Of a stretch of 36,395 bases of DNA, positions 7,096 through 15,926 are shown piece after piece (position 1 is the stretch's first letter; the number at the start of each line of letters is the position of its first letter). The notes beneath the pieces are model-generated. The model was not told the DNA's origin and ran no database searches. It saw nothing but the letters and a program-made list of their open reading frames with translations. Both the position numbers and the translations under genes were made by a program. The stretch is from a virus, in the IMG/VR virus record IMGVR_UViG_3300038701_002087, positions 1 to 36,395 of that record, one strand, 5' to 3'.

Positions 7096-10000
7096 TTACA
7101 TCATCCATTTTAAGCGATTAAAAGCAGCAACTGCATCAACATCATTATTAATTACCTGATTAACTGAAAAGTTTTTTTGATTGTTATTCACTGTGTCACC
7201 CATAGGAACTTGTTTTGTTCTAACAGCCTCGAGGCTCTTGATAACATTAGGCATACCTCTAACCTGCCAAGCAGGCACAACATACTCATTTTTATGAACA
7301 TCCCCTGCCACCTCATTATCATGCCCAATACCTGTAGCCCCCCCCTCACTGAAGCCTACATCAGACCCCTCAGCAAATCCGCCCTCCTTCCTACCAGCAG
7401 ATTTCTTAGCGGCTGCAAGTTTATTGTAGAGGGTAATGAGCCTGTTAATGCTGTCAGTCGTAGCTTTCTCACGCTTCTTCAATTCATTGGTTACTGATTG
7501 AGTAAACTTCGCATCCTCATCTGAAAGAGTTAGAATAAAATTTTCATACTCCTCTTGACGAAGAGCAAGGCTATCTTCAAGTGCAACTTTCCTTTCTTCT
7601 AATTGTAGGATCTCTTCATTGAATGCATCTTCACGTGCTAGTTTCTCAGCCTCATACTCCTCTATCAGAGCTTCTAATGGATTGAGGGAGGCTACACGCC
7701 TGGCCTCTTCTAACTGTTCAGCAGTGACCACTCCATTCTCTTCAGCTGTCTGTAAAATTAATTGTTGCTCTGCAAGATCAGCTTGTAACTCAAGAAGCTT
7801 TTCTTGGTTTTTAATTTGATCAGCCTGAGCCCTTTCAAGCTCCCTAGTTCCTTCTGCGCCCTTCTCTGTAGCCGCAGTTATCCTTTCTCTAATCTCTAAT
7901 GCTTCTTCATTTTTTTCATTTATTTTATCTTGTATGTCAGTGCTCTTGTCTTCAGCACCAATTACAATACCTGTAGCCTTATCTTCAAATTTTAATTTAG
8001 ATGCTTCAGCAGCATTTTCAAAAGATTGAGTAAGTTTATTTATATCATTCTCAGTCTTTTCAATTTCACTTCTAATGTCTTCTTGTGCTGCTTGATTCTC
8101 TTTTACAAAATCTAGCACCGCATCTTCAGCAGCCTCATAGGCATCATCAACAACTTCCTCAAGTTCTTCAAAGGCTTTTCCAAAATCCAAACTTTCTTCC
8201 ATCTCTTCAGCCTCTGCTATTAAACCTTCTGTTAAGGTATTCATTGCATCTAATACAGCTGGTGATCCATCCTCTATTCCTAGCAAGAAGCCCTCAGCTG
8301 TGAAATCACCAAGTTCTCTAAATACTTTTGAAGGTGATTGAATTTTCAGGCTACCTCTCATTCCATCCTCAGCAGCATGACCAAGTTTTGCGGATGCTTG
8401 CTGAACACCAAATAATCCACCAGTAATACCACTTATAAAACTAGAGACTGCATTCGTGGCAGCTTCTAACATTTTACCAGGAAGTTCTTTTACCCCATCA
8501 AGAACATTGGTTGCTATTTCTGATGCGGCATCAAATATACTACTTAAGCCATCTTTTATCCCCTGTATTATATTACTAATTACTTCACCAGCCCAAGACA
8601 GAACTCTCTCAGGAAGTTTTTTAATCCCATCCCAAAATCTACTAAGCATATTTTTAGCACCATTATACATCGCAGGTATGGCCTCAGTGAAAAAAGCAAC
8701 TATAGTATTTTTTACCTCAGCTAAAAATTCGATAGCACTATCCCAAACGTTCTTCCAAAAAACTTCCCAATCAGTAAGTATCGTGTTAGTACTCCTATCG
8801 AAAACAAGCCCTTGCTCTTCTGCCATTTCTTCAGTTGCACTCACAACTTCTTCAGCAGCTAGTTCAGCCTCCTCAACTAATCCGTCTCTTATCTCTTGTG
8901 CATTTGTTATTGCGTCATTATATTGCTCTTCATTTAGTATCCCAAGTTCATCTTTCTGTTTTGTTAGAATAGCAACTTGCTCTCTATACTCTTCATCAGC
9001 AAGAGCAATTGCTTCATCCTTAGCAGTGACAGCCTCTTGTGCAAGTTCAGCAGCTTGTTCAGCAGCAATGCGTCCTGACTCAACTTTTAATAAATTTTGA
9101 AGTTCAAGTATCTCACTAACCTTCGCGTCAGTTACTGATAATGATGTATTAAAACTCTCTTGCTCTAATGCTGAAAGCTCATCTACTAATGCTTCTTTAT
9201 CCTGTATCACTGCTTGATTCTCAGCATCAAGTAATTCAGTTATCTCTTTAATTCTTTCAGCCCTCTCCTCTGCTAAAACTTTTTCTTGTTCAGCAAACTC
9301 TAAATTCTTTTCAGCAGCTTCATCAAAAGTTTCCTGGGTAATAATGCCTAAGTTCTTCATTTCTTCTAATGCTCCTATTTGCCCTTCAATCATTCCATCA
9401 ATTGAATTGATAACTTGGTTTCTCATTTCAAGTGAATTGTTCACTATGGTGTCTTTCATCTCGGTACTTAAACCACCTCCAGTTAATTTCATTTCAAGTA
9501 TAGCCTTCTGAGATTCTTGAGACATCTCAACCAAGTTAGCCACTGTCTCATTACTAGCAACCAAAGAATTCTCTTCTACCTTTTCCAAACTCGTCTTCAT
9601 TGATTCAGATATATCATCAAAGGCTTGTTTGAAATCACCCACTATTTCAGAGCCAAGTGCAAATGCTTTAGGGAATTTATCCTGCATAAAGCCACCAATA
9701 GCATCCAGATTGTCATATAAGAAAGTTCCAGCAGCTGCTATAGCAGCAAAGGCTGCTGCATATGGGAGAAGTGGAAGAAGAGCGGCACCGGCAGCAAGAG
9801 CAAGTGATCCTAACGCAGGAACCATCAAGCCAACAATAGCACCTGCAAAGAGTGACATAGCAAGTTTACTTTCACCTAAGAAGGACGCAAATTTTATTAC
9901 TCCCTCTAAAACTCCTCCTAATAATTCAGTTGCAAAAGTAGCTAAGCCTGAAAGCACATTGGCTATCTCCTCAGAATTTTCTGAAAGTAAATTATTCAAA

Positions 10001-11142
10001 TCACCAACAGCATCAGACATGCCAGGCAAGGATTGTGTCCCAGCCTCTATCAAAACAGCATTGAATTCATTCTTTAATATTTGAACTTGATTGTTTAAAG
10101 TTTCTGATTGAGTTTGAAAAGCTTGGTCTACAGAAACAATTCCATCTTCAAAGTCACCCATTGTTTTTATAAATGGATCATATGCTGCTCCTAGCAAAGC
10201 AACAGCTGCACCACCTGCTTCTTGAGAGCTAAACAAATTAATTAACTCTTGCTCTGAAAGATTGCTTTCTAATTGTAACTTCTTTAAGACGCCAACAAAT
10301 CCATCAGACTCAATAGCTGCTTTTGTATTTGATATTCCTATATCCTGTAAGGCCGCTTCAAGCTTTGTTCCTGTCTTTAATGTCTCATTAAATGCAACTT
10401 TTAATTGTGTTTGTGCTACATTGGCAGGAAGCCCAGAGGTAGTTAACGCAGCCGTAGCTGCTTGAAGTTCTTCAAAGCTCACCCCAGCTGCATTAGCAAT
10501 AGGAGCTACTTGTCCAAATGCTGTAGCTAATTGATCAATAGTAGTCTTACCATTCTTTACGGTCTCGAAAAGAATATTTGAAACTTCACCAGCCCTACTT
10601 GCATCAATTTGAAAGGCATTCAATGAAGACGTTAAAAGGTCTGCTGCTGATTCAGTACTACCAAGCCCAGCAACCCCCAACCTTGCAGATTCCTCTAGAA
10701 CATTCATTGCTTGGTTTGTATCAGAGATACCAGCAGAAACAATATTATAAAGTGACTCCGACAAGACTGATCCCTCAATTGGAACTCTCTTGCTTAGGTC
10801 TAAAACCTGATCACCGAAAGCACCGATCTCTTCTTTGCTTTGGCCCAATAGAGTATTGACATTAGCCATACTGGATTGGAAATCAGCAGCTTGTTTTAAG
10901 GCTACTCCACCAAGAGCAGCCCCAGCTGCCAATACACCTGCCCCTAACTTAACGATAGAATTACTAAGGCTTAATGCCTCTTGGTTCATACTAAACATTG
11001 ACTTGTTAAAGCCAGCCCCCTTTTTATCAGCTGCTTCAAATTCACCTTTCAGTTCACCAACTGCTTTACTAGCAGAGTCGATACTTTTCGCCGAACCTTG
11101 GTCATTTACCTCTAGGTTGTATTTTAAAGTTCCAACATCCAT
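7096..11142 (-). CDS. Tape measure protein.
   Basis: 1348 aa, Ala/Glu/Leu-rich coiled coil with a central hydrophobic block (AIVGLMVPALGSLALAAGAALLPLLPYAAAFAAIAAAGTF). It follows the chaperone pair. Confidence 0.85.
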   Translation of the reverse strand: MDVGTLKYNLEVNDQGSAKSIDSASKAVGELKGEFEAADKKGAGFNKSMFSMNQEALSLSNSIVKLGAGVLAAGAALGGVALKQAADFQSSMANVNTLLGQSKEEIGAFGDQVLDLSKRVPIEGSVLSESLYNIVSAGISDTNQAMNVLEESARLGVAGLGSTESAADLLTSSLNAFQIDASRAGEVSNILFETVKNGKTTIDQLATAFGQVAPIANAAGVSFEELQAATAALTTSGLPANVAQTQLKVAFNETLKTGTKLEAALQDIGISNTKAAIESDGFVGVLKKLQLESNLSEQELINLFSSQEAGGAAVALLGAAYDPFIKTMGDFEDGIVSVDQAFQTQSETLNNQVQILKNEFNAVLIEAGTQSLPGMSDAVGDLNNLLSENSEEIANVLSGLATFATELLGGVLEGVIKFASFLGESKLAMSLFAGAIVGLMVPALGSLALAAGAALLPLLPYAAAFAAIAAAGTFLYDNLDAIGGFMQDKFPKAFALGSEIVGDFKQAFDDISESMKTSLEKVEENSLVASNETVANLVEMSQESQKAILEMKLTGGGLSTEMKDTIVNNSLEMRNQVINSIDGMIEGQIGALEEMKNLGIITQETFDEAAEKNLEFAEQEKVLAEERAERIKEITELLDAENQAVIQDKEALVDELSALEQESFNTSLSVTDAKVSEILELQNLLKVESGRIAAEQAAELAQEAVTAKDEAIALADEEYREQVAILTKQKDELGILNEEQYNDAITNAQEIRDGLVEEAELAAEEVVSATEEMAEEQGLVFDRSTNTILTDWEVFWKNVWDSAIEFLAEVKNTIVAFFTEAIPAMYNGAKNMLSRFWDGIKKLPERVLSWAGEVISNIIQGIKDGLSSIFDAASEIATNVLDGVKELPGKMLEAATNAVSSFISGITGGLFGVQQASAKLGHAAEDGMRGSLKIQSPSKVFRELGDFTAEGFLLGIEDGSPAVLDAMNTLTEGLIAEAEEMEESLDFGKAFEELEEVVDDAYEAAEDAVLDFVKENQAAQEDIRSEIEKTENDINKLTQSFENAAEASKLKFEDKATGIVIGAEDKSTDIQDKINEKNEEALEIRERITAATEKGAEGTRELERAQADQIKNQEKLLELQADLAEQQLILQTAEENGVVTAEQLEEARRVASLNPLEALIEEYEAEKLAREDAFNEEILQLEERKVALEDSLALRQEEYENFILTLSDEDAKFTQSVTNELKKREKATTDSINRLITLYNKLAAAKKSAGRKEGGFAEGSDVGFSEGGATGIGHDNEVAGDVHKNEYVVPAWQVRGMPNVIKSLEAVRTKQVPMGDTVNNNQKNFSVNQVINNDVDAVAAFNRLKWMM

Positions 11143-11195
11143 TTAAAAAGAATAACAAAAATTTAAAATTATTATTGTTATTCTTTTTAAATGGG
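11138..11195 (-). promoter_or_regulatory. Long perfect hairpin that sequesters the tape-measure start codon.
   Basis: 11138-11158 pairs with 11175-11195: 20 Watson-Crick pairs plus one G-U, with a 16-nt loop. The ATG (11142-11140) lies in one arm. The core stem is flanked by an A5 and a T5 run. Confidence 0.5.
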
Positions 11196-11202
11196 CTATG
11201 GT

Positions 11203-11436
11203 CTATTCTACAAATTTTGTGATCTTCTGTTTAAAAAGATTCATATCTTTCATCATTTTCTTTCCCTTCTTATTATACAGTATTTCATCCTGTCTATTAA
11301 GCATCTTATTTTCTTTTGCACCTTCTTCTGTTTTCCATCTTTCAAGATAGAACATGTACTCTTGATACATTAAAAACTGAGTCCATGGCATTGCCATTAT
11401 CTCACTGTGTGAGAAGGCACCTTTATAGAAGTGCAT
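11203..11436 (-). CDS. T segment of the tail assembly chaperone GT. It is in the -1 frame relative to 11457..11870.
   Basis: This frame stays open upstream of its ATG back to a TGA four codons before the slippery heptamer. Confidence 0.55.
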   Translation of the reverse strand: MHFYKGAFSHSEIMAMPWTQFLMYQEYMFYLERWKTEEGAKENKMLNRQDEILYNKKGKKMMKDMNLFKQKITKFVE

Positions 11437-11456
11437 GAACTGGGCAATGGCAAGAC

Positions 11457-11870
11457 CTAGCCTGAAGTAGTCGCAGTCTTCTCTGCTGCCACGACTTCTT
11501 TGCCACGCCCCTTTTCTAAACCCATACCTTCACTTAAAATAAATTTAAATATCCCATTGATAGCAGCAGGTGGCAAGTCCTCTAGTACTGAACGCTCCAA
11601 TTTTGGATTATGCTTTTTAAGGACAACCATCATCTGATCAATGAGATTGGCATATACTTCCTTTTCTGCTAATTCTTTCCCCTCTTTTTCAAGTTCTTTT
11701 TTCCTCTCTCCAAGTTGATAAGATAGTGCTTTAGTTTGAGCTAATTCATCAACTGTTATTTTCCCAATTTTCAAAGAAAGGTTTTCACCAATTTGAATCT
11801 TTTGAAAAGTTTTTAGATAGGTTTCGACATCTAATATTCGAACACCATCTTCTTCAATTACATTAATCAT
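11457..11870 (-). CDS. Tail assembly chaperone G.
   Basis: 137 aa, located between the major tail protein and the tape measure. It overlaps the downstream -1 frame. Confidence 0.6.
   Translation of the reverse strand: MINVIEEDGVRILDVETYLKTFQKIQIGENLSLKIGKITVDELAQTKALSYQLGERKKELEKEGKELAEKEVYANLIDQMMVVLKKHNPKLERSVLEDLPPAAINGIFKFILSEGMGLEKGRGKEVVAAEKTATTSG
11508..11514 (-). other. Candidate -1 slippery heptamer A AAG GGG (minus strand).
   Basis: Zero frame reads GAA AAG GGG CGT (E K G R). Both tRNAs can re-pair after a -1 slip, and the -1 frame continues to the stop at 11203. Confidence 0.5.
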
Positions 11871-11890
11871 AATATTGAAAGGTTACAAGG

Positions 11891-11913
11891 GAGGGGCGGC
11901 CATACCACCCCTC
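11891..11913 (-). terminator. GC-rich hairpin after the major tail gene, a possible attenuator.
   Basis: gaggggcgg / ccacccctc forms a 9-bp stem. The downstream T run is weak. Confidence 0.35.
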
Positions 11914-11925
11914 ATAAATAATTTA

Positions 11926-12702
11926 CTAAACAACTGACTGTTGATCGATAATATCTTGGATACTACCTTGCAGTTCAACTTCAACAGTAGTTACATCATC
12001 CGCAGCATCAGCCAAGAAAGGCATAACTGTTGGAGTGATATTCGTAACACCTGTTAAATTCACAATGAAAGATTTTCCATTTTCATCTGTGTTTGTGATC
12101 CGTGCTACCTTTTCTACCTTAGTTCCAAAATCATTAAAGGTTACATCTTTACTCGCGTTAGGCGTGTAATCGTAATCGATAGTAAGATTTTGCGCTTCAG
12201 TAGTAGCAACAGTACCATCAACAACGGTGACGATTGATCTACCTTGTCCGTCAAGACCAACAAAGTAATCGTCATTCGCATTCAAGGCACCATCAACAGA
12301 ACCTGTGACAGAATTAACAGTGACTACAGTTCCGTCACCATTTGGATTCTCGATAATGATTGGACCATTAAAAGTCCAAGCACCATCCAATACAACTTGC
12401 TCAGCACCCGGTACGAGTACACCAGCAGTAGTATTAAGAATCACTAGACCATCATCAATCATGCTGTATGAAGTCATGTCCATTTCAGCCAATTGGAGAG
12501 TGAAAGAAGCAGTGAGTCCCTTTTTGAATTTCTTGATACTCTCTGTGTTGTCAAATTCAATCACAACGTTTTCTACTTTCTGATTGAATGACATACCACG
12601 AAGAGCTCCAAGATTAACCAAACTCAAGAAATCGTCACCGACTTCTAAAGTAGTTGATCCAAAACGGATTGACTCTCGCTTCTGTATACTAGTTTGAGGC
12701 AT
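11926..12702 (-). CDS. Major tail protein.
   Basis: 258 aa and beta-rich. It lies directly upstream of the chaperone pair and is followed by a hairpin. Confidence 0.55.
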   Translation of the reverse strand: MPQTSIQKRESIRFGSTTLEVGDDFLSLVNLGALRGMSFNQKVENVVIEFDNTESIKKFKKGLTASFTLQLAEMDMTSYSMIDDGLVILNTTAGVLVPGAEQVVLDGAWTFNGPIIIENPNGDGTVVTVNSVTGSVDGALNANDDYFVGLDGQGRSIVTVVDGTVATTEAQNLTIDYDYTPNASKDVTFNDFGTKVEKVARITNTDENGKSFIVNLTGVTNITPTVMPFLADAADDVTTVEVELQGSIQDIIDQQSVV

Positions 12703-12727
12703 AGCTTAAAGCTTTATTAAAATAAAA

Positions 12728-12988
12728 TCAGGCCATCTTAAAAGCCTGAGGTTTGTGTGTGAGCAATCTTTTTGCATATAGTTTAGGGACTTCAACGGTC
12801 TCACCTTCTTTAACGAAGTGACCATCCCAAAGCATGAAATTCCTCAATGCTTGAATTTCTATTGTGTCTTTTTCTTTTGGCTTCTCTGTCATCTTAGCTT
12901 TACGTCTTTTCTTTGATTTCTTTTTCTTAGGCTCAGAAATAATTGCTTCTTCTTCAACCTCTGTTTTCTCAACTTCGTAATCAGTCAT
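12728..12988 (-). CDS. Hypothetical protein with a Lys-rich stretch.
   Basis: KKKKSKKRRKAK tract. Compact spacing within the tail module. Confidence 0.45.
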   Translation of the reverse strand: MTDYEVEKTEVEEEAIISEPKKKKSKKRRKAKMTEKPKEKDTIEIQALRNFMLWDGHFVKEGETVEVPKLYAKRLLTHKPQAFKMA

Positions 12989-13007
12989 GATATTTATAAA
13001 TTAATAT

Positions 13008-13430
13008 TTAAACATTGTCACCAAAGTATTTAAATCTCACCTCTATCGGAAAGTAGTAAAGATCATTGTCTGGATCACGAGATTCAAAATCATTCACAAT
13101 ATAAGTATACTTTACTTTTCTTAAACTGGCTAGGTCTCCTTTGTACCGATTCAACAATGCAATAATATCATTTTTCAAATCAACTGCATCTGAATATTTT
13201 TTAGCTATAGCATTGATCTGAAAGAGTGGAAGTCTAACATCCAAATAATTAAGATCGGGTATACTGCTAACTTGACCAAATGAAATATAATAATCAGCCT
13301 TCTCTTTGAGGGCATTGTTAGGAATGGCAACAGGATAGATATGGAACTTTCCACCACCAGCATCTACTTTAGCAGAAATAGCTGGGTCATCCTTAAGTGA
13401 ACTAAACAGTGCTTCTTGTATGTTAGCCAT
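13008..13430 (-). CDS. Tail terminator-like protein (DUF3168-like pattern).
   Basis: N-terminal pattern L..SL..D..I...V.....IYPV.IP, and its position before the major tail protein. Confidence 0.5.
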   Translation of the reverse strand: MANIQEALFSSLKDDPAISAKVDAGGGKFHIYPVAIPNNALKEKADYYISFGQVSSIPDLNYLDVRLPLFQINAIAKKYSDAVDLKNDIIALLNRYKGDLASLRKVKYTYIVNDFESRDPDNDLYYFPIEVRFKYFGDNV

Positions 13431-13765
13431 TATTTAGGAAGATTTTTAGATAATAAACTTAGGATAGCACTTTTACTATTGTCAGCCCCACTTCGAAACA
13501 TCGCCCTTGCTGATTGTGATGAAGTACCATATTCAACATATTTAGCATATTCAACCTCAGTCCCAACTGAAGTTGAATAAACAGAACCTGAGCGACTTAC
13601 TTGAGCATCAGGTATAATTTGAGATTTTAAATACCCTGTTAAAACTGGCGTTTCTTTTCTAATATTAGTTGACAATAATTCAGCTGACAAAGCCAAGCCC
13701 GAAGCAATACCTTCACCAATCTCTTTAAGAGCCTCCTCAAATTTATTTGTGTATTGAACTGACAT
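13430..13765 (-). CDS. HK97 gp10-like tail completion / neck protein.
   Basis: ETPVLTGYLKSQI resembles the P-x-x-TG-x-L-x-x-S motif of the HK97 gp10 family. ATGA-type overlaps on both sides. Confidence 0.55.
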   Translation of the reverse strand: MSVQYTNKFEEALKEIGEGIASGLALSAELLSTNIRKETPVLTGYLKSQIIPDAQVSRSGSVYSTSVGTEVEYAKYVEYGTSSQSARAMFRSGADNSKSAILSLLSKNLPK

Positions 13766-14100
13766 TAGTCTACGATTTTACATTTTAATTCCCAATGATG
13801 CTGAGATGAATCTTTCACTGCCTTAATAACTTCATACTGTTTACTGTCAACTGTAATCCTATCTCTATCAATTATATCCTCATCCTCAAGTGCATAAATA
13901 GTGTAGTCAGCAACAACATATTCACCAACCCCACCTTTCTCAAGTAATGAGTTCTTCTCATTCATTGTACGCTTCTGGACTCTACATTTAAGAAGTGCAT
14001 TAATAACATTCCAAGTTTTATCTTCTTCACCAAAAGAATTCTGTGTTGAAGTATAACGCTCCTGCACCCCCTCTCTATTTAAAAGTTTTAAGAAGCTCAT
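13765..14100 (-). CDS. Head closure / head-tail joining protein.
   Basis: 111 aa. The pattern ...FGEEDKTWNV...CRVQ...DRITVDSKQYEVI... is typical of the SPP1 gp16 / HK97 gp9 class. Confidence 0.55.
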   Translation of the reverse strand: MSFLKLLNREGVQERYTSTQNSFGEEDKTWNVINALLKCRVQKRTMNEKNSLLEKGGVGEYVVADYTIYALEDEDIIDRDRITVDSKQYEVIKAVKDSSQHHWELKCKIVD

Positions 14101-14102
14101 AT

Positions 14103-14900
14103 TTATTTATTTGAAAGGAATCTCTTGCGGCTATTCATTCTTGAATTTGATGGAGTATTTTTAATTGTAAGTCGTCCATAGTTTTTAACATAACCTCTAA
14201 GCATAGCAACCGCTCTTCCCCCTAAGAATCTTTGAGCATACAAAGTCTCACTCATTGCCCCTGCTCCTTGTGTTTGTTTTTTATAAGAATAGTCACCAAG
14301 CTTCTCACTCTCCATAACCTCATCGCCTAAGTCGGCTTCATTAGGGGCTCCAATAAGAAAAACATTCTCAAGGCCATATAAGGCCGCCTGAGTGATTCTA
14401 TCAGGGATTGGGGGGTAAGAGGTAGGAGAAGCTATTTCATCCTCGTTATCGTCATCTACCCTAGGGAAAGTAAGGAGCTGAGCGGTTCCAATTGTAACAT
14501 TTGCTTCTGAATCGTAATATTTTTTCCATGATCCACAAACAATGTCAATATACTTCTCAACCTCTCTAATTATCTTTTCAACATTCTCATCAGTCTCAGA
14601 TGTCAATTCAGTGACACGACTTAATAATTGAACTTGCCTTGTCGTAATATACCTTGTTGCATTCCTAGTGTTAGGCTCTGATCTCTTGTAGTAACTAACA
14701 GAAATAGAATCTGTTGCCTCTGGCGCGTAATCAAACACAACAACATCATTCTCGCCATCAGCTGAAGACTCTCGCCATTCATAAAAAAGTTTACCATTAT
14801 AAATAATCTTTAAAGTTCCAGCTTTAAAATTATTTGCAAGGGTAAATGTTTTGATCACACCGTTACCAGTAATGGCTTCGTTTTGGATGAAGTTGTTCAT
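14103..14900 (-). CDS. Head-tail adaptor candidate with an N-terminal extra domain.
   Basis: Position only. The central helical segment ENVEKIIREVEKYIDIVCG resembles gp6-like connectors. Confidence 0.4.
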   Translation of the reverse strand: MNNFIQNEAITGNGVIKTFTLANNFKAGTLKIIYNGKLFYEWRESSADGENDVVVFDYAPEATDSISVSYYKRSEPNTRNATRYITTRQVQLLSRVTELTSETDENVEKIIREVEKYIDIVCGSWKKYYDSEANVTIGTAQLLTFPRVDDDNEDEIASPTSYPPIPDRITQAALYGLENVFLIGAPNEADLGDEVMESEKLGDYSYKKQTQGAGAMSETLYAQRFLGGRAVAMLRGYVKNYGRLTIKNTPSNSRMNSRKRFLSNK

Positions 14901-14912
14901 AATTTAATTATA

Positions 14913-15305
14913 CTACAATTTGTTAAAATTTACATCGACTTCCATTCCTTGAAGTTCTTCAATTTTATCAGAAAGAGTCAACTCCTTCTTTTCTCCTGTT
15001 ATAAATAAAGCCAATAAATCACCTTTTTCTTTTGTTATTTGTATTGGCGGCTCTCCTCCCCATCCAATCAAATAGCCTTCTTCATTCTCTTTAAACATAA
15101 CGATTGCGTGCATACTAATGGCCAACACTTCATTAATTTGAACCATATGACCAATAATCGTCATCAGCCATTCATACTCACCCTCTTTTAATAGGGTTTC
15201 ATATTTATTGGTTAACTTAACACACCAAGCATTATCAACAAAACTTATTGAAAGTATTGCATCTGAATTTATAGTGATCTTATTTTTTAATTTAATTAGC
15301 ATCAT
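14913..15305 (-). CDS. Hypothetical protein.
   Basis: A 130-aa ORF whose start overlaps the upstream gene's stop by 4 nt. Confidence 0.45.
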   Translation of the reverse strand: MMLIKLKNKITINSDAILSISFVDNAWCVKLTNKYETLLKEGEYEWLMTIIGHMVQINEVLAISMHAIVMFKENEEGYLIGWGGEPPIQITKEKGDLLALFITGEKKELTLSDKIEELQGMEVDVNFNKL

Positions 15306-15925
15306 TTTATTCTATACATGTAACTAAAAGCAAATTCTCTACCATAGATATCAGATGTATTTATATACTGAAACCTTGCACGATTCCAAGTAGTATCAGC
15401 CAGAATAGCACCTCCTAGTGAAGCTGAGTTCTTTGAGAATAGAGTTCCACCAACATCAGCAAATAAAGAAAAGTTTGAATAAATTGGGATAGACATTCTG
15501 AATTGAGTATTCACACTCGCTGAAATTGGATTGACATAAACTCGGCCTGAGACCACCACCATATCACCAACACGTAAATAGTTAGCTGCATTCACTGTGC
15601 CAAATGATGAGACATTAGCATCATTTGTGAAGGTAGGTGTATATGTGCCCTCTTCTATATCTAAAGTATCACGGGCTGCTTCAGCATCAGAATCATCAAT
15701 CAATGTCCTTGCAAAAGAGGACAGAGTTGTATACGTCATGGACTCGAAGCCATTGAAATATGGCAATCGATTAGATGAAGATGATACTGCTGACAGAGCA
15801 TCGAGATTACCATCTTGATCTTGCTTATCTGGAATATCCCATCCATTCAAATCAAGGTTACCTCCAAGCTGAGGACTGGTGTCATCAACGAGTTCAAACG
15901 TTTGTGATGGTGGGTAGTATGGCAT
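15302..15925 (-). CDS. Fibre-like structural protein.
   Basis: N-terminal ELVDDTSPQLGGNLDLNGWDI and ...AEAARDTLDI motifs are common at the N-termini of phage fibre proteins. Confidence 0.45.
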   Translation of the reverse strand: MPYYPPSQTFELVDDTSPQLGGNLDLNGWDIPDKQDQDGNLDALSAVSSSSNRLPYFNGFESMTYTTLSSFARTLIDDSDAEAARDTLDIEEGTYTPTFTNDANVSSFGTVNAANYLRVGDMVVVSGRVYVNPISASVNTQFRMSIPIYSNFSLFADVGGTLFSKNSASLGGAILADTTWNRARFQYINTSDIYGREFAFSYMYRIK

Positions 15926-15926
15926 C

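Noticed and set aside
7338-7345. C8 homopolymer (G8 on the coding strand) inside the tape-measure gene, considered as a phase-variation tract.
   Set aside because: It encodes a Gly-Gly pair in frame. A shift would simply truncate an essential gene. There is no evidence of an alternative frame downstream. It is noted only as a possible sequencing-error hotspot.
7177-11146. Nine plus-strand ORFs antisense to the tape-measure gene, for example 8456..9100 (214 aa) and 9629..10084 (151 aa).
   Set aside because: These are shadow ORFs of a long, compositionally biased gene. Their translations are low-complexity Ser/Ala/Leu-rich, and they are fully nested in a confidently coding frame. The same reasoning applies to alternate-frame ORFs inside the fibre, tail, capsid, Mu F-like, portal and terminase genes and inside plus-strand genes, namely: 668..874, 4026..4313, 5426..5824, 12244..12447, 12305..12583, 15597..15818, 16114..16323, 16230..16529, 18068..18382, 18993..19253, 19890..20333, 21030..21326, 21940..22131, 22446..22739, 22835..23086, 23072..23263, 23228..23662, 23283..23540, 23835..24056, 24314..24691, 26341..26577, 27686..27937, 28532..28771, 29909..30127, 31580..31819, 32460..32741, 33145..33393 and 34923..35198.
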